From contig JBILYL010000001.1 in NCBI GenBank assembly GCA_044377775.1, positions 1 to 39,794 of the forward strand: 39,794 nt of DNA. The letters are read 5' to 3'. The notes under the pieces were generated by a model. It was not told the origin of the DNA, ran no database searches, and saw only the letters and a list, made by a program, of their open reading frames with translations. This document shows positions 37,959 through 39,794 of the stretch, piece by piece. Position numbers and translations under genes: made by a program. The stretch comes from Bacteroidia bacterium (lineage in GTDB: Bacteria > Bacteroidota > Bacteroidia > 2-12-FULL-35-15). Positions within the stretch are counted from its first letter, which is position 1. Every line of letters starts with the position of its first letter.

Positions 37959-38014
37959 CAAAAAAAAGCAACAACCCTTCGTAATGGACTTCCCATTGCC
38001 AATTGGCTATTGCT
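37959..38014 (-). terminator. Intrinsic terminator of purM
   Basis: On the minus-strand RNA, AGCAAUAGCC (38014-38005) pairs with GGGUUGUUGCU (37977-37967). Both non-Watson-Crick pairs are G-U on this strand only. There is an inner stem AAUGG/CCAUU. The structure is followed by U8. Confidence 0.6.
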
Positions 38015-38029
38015 CGGTTCTTAATAAAG

Positions 38030-39202
38030 CTAATATTCAAATACTCCGTATTCGGATGTAATCGTCAAGTGTTTTTTATCGGATGCTTCCACTCTACCAA
38101 CAATTTGTGCTTCCACTCCAAAAGATTTTGAGATTGCGATCACATCTGCTGCAATTTCTTCCGGAAGATATAATTCCATTCGGTGTCCCATATTAAACAC
38201 CTTATACATTTCTTTCCAATCGGTTCCGCTTTGTTCATGAATCAACTTGAACAAGGGTGGAATCGGAAATAGATTATCTTTTATAACATGTACATTGTCT
38301 ACAAAATGCAACACCTTTGTTTGAGCACCTCCACTGCAATGTACCATCCCATGAATGTGCTTACGATGTGTATCGATTATTTTTTTGATGATCGGGGCAT
38401 AGGTGCGAGTAGGCGACAACACTAATTTCCCTGCAGTAACTTCTTCCCCTCCGACATTGATCTTATCTGTTAATTTCATTTGTCCGCTATAAACAAGATC
38501 AGCAGGAACAGCAGCATCAAAACTTTCTGGAAATTTTGCAGCCAGTGATCTTTCAAAAACATCGTGTCGGGCTGAAGTTAATCCATTACTACCCATTCCA
38601 CCATTGTATTCAGTTTCATACGTTGCTTTCCCGGAAGAAGACAGTCCGACAATCACATCACCAGCTTGAATATTACCATTATCAATTACGTCCGAGCGCT
38701 TCATACGACAAACAACCGTTGAGTCAACTATAATGGTACGGACCAAATCTCCAACATCGGCAGTTTCACCGCCAGTAGAATAAATTCCTATTCCATAATC
38801 TCTTAATTGCTGCAACACCTCTTCGGTTCCATTAATAATAACAGAAAGAACTTCTGCAGGAATATTGTTTTTATTTCTGCCGATGGTAGAAGACAATAAA
38901 ATATTATCAATTGCTCCAACGCAAAGAAGGTCATCGGTATTCATTACAATGGCATCCTGAGCAATACCTTTCCATACGGAAATATCACCGGTTTCTTTCC
39001 AATAAGTATATGCAAGAGATGATTTCGTACCTGCACCATCAGCGTGCATGACAATGCAATAATTTTCATCTCCGCTTAAATGGTCGGGGACAATCTTACA
39101 AAAAGCCTTTGGAAATAATCCTTTATCAATTTTGGAGATTGCATTATGTACATCCTCTTTGGATGCAGAAACGCCACGTTGATTGTATCTGTTGTCGGTC
39201 AT
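38030..39202 (-). CDS. purM: Phosphoribosylformylglycinamidine cyclo-ligase (AIR synthase), long Bacteroidota form
   Basis: 390 aa. AIR-synthase N- and C-domain blocks (HADGAGTKS, NTDDLLCVGA, GLSSSG, HCSGGAQTK). Confidence 0.88.
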   Translation of the reverse strand: MTDNRYNQRGVSASKEDVHNAISKIDKGLFPKAFCKIVPDHLSGDENYCIVMHADGAGTKSSLAYTYWKETGDISVWKGIAQDAIVMNTDDLLCVGAIDNILLSSTIGRNKNNIPAEVLSVIINGTEEVLQQLRDYGIGIYSTGGETADVGDLVRTIIVDSTVVCRMKRSDVIDNGNIQAGDVIVGLSSSGKATYETEYNGGMGSNGLTSARHDVFERSLAAKFPESFDAAVPADLVYSGQMKLTDKINVGGEEVTAGKLVLSPTRTYAPIIKKIIDTHRKHIHGMVHCSGGAQTKVLHFVDNVHVIKDNLFPIPPLFKLIHEQSGTDWKEMYKVFNMGHRMELYLPEEIAADVIAISKSFGVEAQIVGRVEASDKKHLTITSEYGVFEY

Positions 39203-39325
39203 TAACTAGGTTGATTTTTCTCTACACATTTCGTCCACTTACTCCAGGTAAACAAAGTAAGCGTTCCGTTTAATTGCCCCTCAGTGCATCTTGCGTTAAA
39301 GCAGAAACTATCGAAGGGTTAAAAT

Positions 39326-39357
39326 AAAAACATCCCGTAAAAATACGGGATGTTTTT
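39326..39357 (-). terminator. Bidirectional-type intrinsic terminator after the OmpA-like gene
   Basis: Perfect stem CATCCCGTA/TACGGGATG with loop AAAA, flanked by A5 and T5. Lies 28 nt past the stop at 39385. Confidence 0.65.
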
Positions 39358-39384
39358 GAATTCTTTTTAAAGAAGAAATTATTT

Positions 39385-39794
39385 TTATTCACCTTCTTCT
39401 TCTTCACCAACAGGTTTAGGAGTTGGAGTTGTTACAGGAACATCCTTAGGAGCATTCGGATCAACGAAATCCTTACGCAATACAGAGAATACAGTACGTC
39501 TGTTTTTCTGCATCATCGCTTCATAAACTTCTTTAGGCTGACCTTTAGTAGTTTTATTGATATATGCTTCAGTTAAAGTAGCAGTTACTTTTCCATCTGC
39601 ATCTTTAATTTCAACCGGTGCTTTTTCACCGTATCCTTTTGCTTTTAAACGCTCAGGATTAATTCCTTTAGAAATTAAGTAATCCACACATGATTTCGCA
39701 CGCGCTTCAGAAAGTTTCTGGTTAGCTGGATCAGAACCACGATAATCGGTGTGCGAACTCAACTCGATAACAAACGTTGGGTTATCCAACAAAG
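39385..39794 (-). CDS. OmpA-family peptidoglycan-binding protein, C-terminal part (5' end outside the window)
   Basis: OmpA-like domain ELSSHTDYRGSDPANQKLSEARAKSCVDYLISKGINPERLKAKGYGE. The reading frame is open to the window edge. Pro/Glu-rich tail PTPKPVGEEEEGE. Confidence 0.85.
   Translation of the reverse strand, partial: LLDNPTFVIELSSHTDYRGSDPANQKLSEARAKSCVDYLISKGINPERLKAKGYGEKAPVEIKDADGKVTATLTEAYINKTTKGQPKEVYEAMMQKNRRTVFSVLRKDFVDPNAPKDVPVTTPTPKPVGEEEEGE

Noticed and set aside
37995-38014. Near-perfect 16-bp palindrome ATTGCCAATTGGCTAT, as a possible operator
   Set aside because: It is part of the purM terminator structure (inner and outer stems followed by U8), so no separate function is required.
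39203-39325. About 120-nt leader upstream of purM, examined for a purine or ZTP riboswitch
   Set aside because: It contains one decent hairpin (CGCUUACU...AGUAAGUG). I could not find the conserved cores I remember for the purine or ZTP (pfl) motifs. A covariance-model scan would be needed before claiming anything.

Overview
AT-rich, Bacteroidota-type chromosomal segment. Its core is the conserved translation/transcription cluster, all on the minus strand: tRNA-Thr(UGU), tRNA-Tyr, tRNA-Gly, tRNA-Thr(GGU), tuf, tRNA-Trp, secE, nusG, rplK-rplA-rplJ-rplL, rpoB, rpoC. Around it lie housekeeping genes (rpsU, a XerC/D-like recombinase, hpf, acyl-CoA dehydrogenase, apt, pyrF, prfA, purM). There are also transporters (two APC permeases, an NhaD-like antiporter, an RCK-domain channel) and three secreted proteins with T9SS C-terminal sorting domains. 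The phylum call rests on those T9SS domains, a DUF3467 gene in the rpoC neighbourhood, and TAnnTTTG -7 boxes upstream of many start points. I see no CRISPR array, transposase/IS, prophage gene or recognisable defence gene. I cannot point to a convincing new multi-gene system; this is mostly an ordinary core-genome window. The most unusual items are: (1) a self-contained two-gene T9SS-cargo cassette of unknown function between rpoC and the DUF3467 gene, whose first gene has a start-proximal frame problem; (2) a tightly packed DUF2851-PspC-channel-SDR operon whose channel has a non-canonical filter (TVGFQE); (3) a collapsed remnant of a sensor-like gene at 30.9-31.2 kb; and (4) several structured or repeated non-coding elements in the ribosomal-protein/RNAP and tRNA leaders. 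All product calls come from motif recognition by eye; no database search was run.
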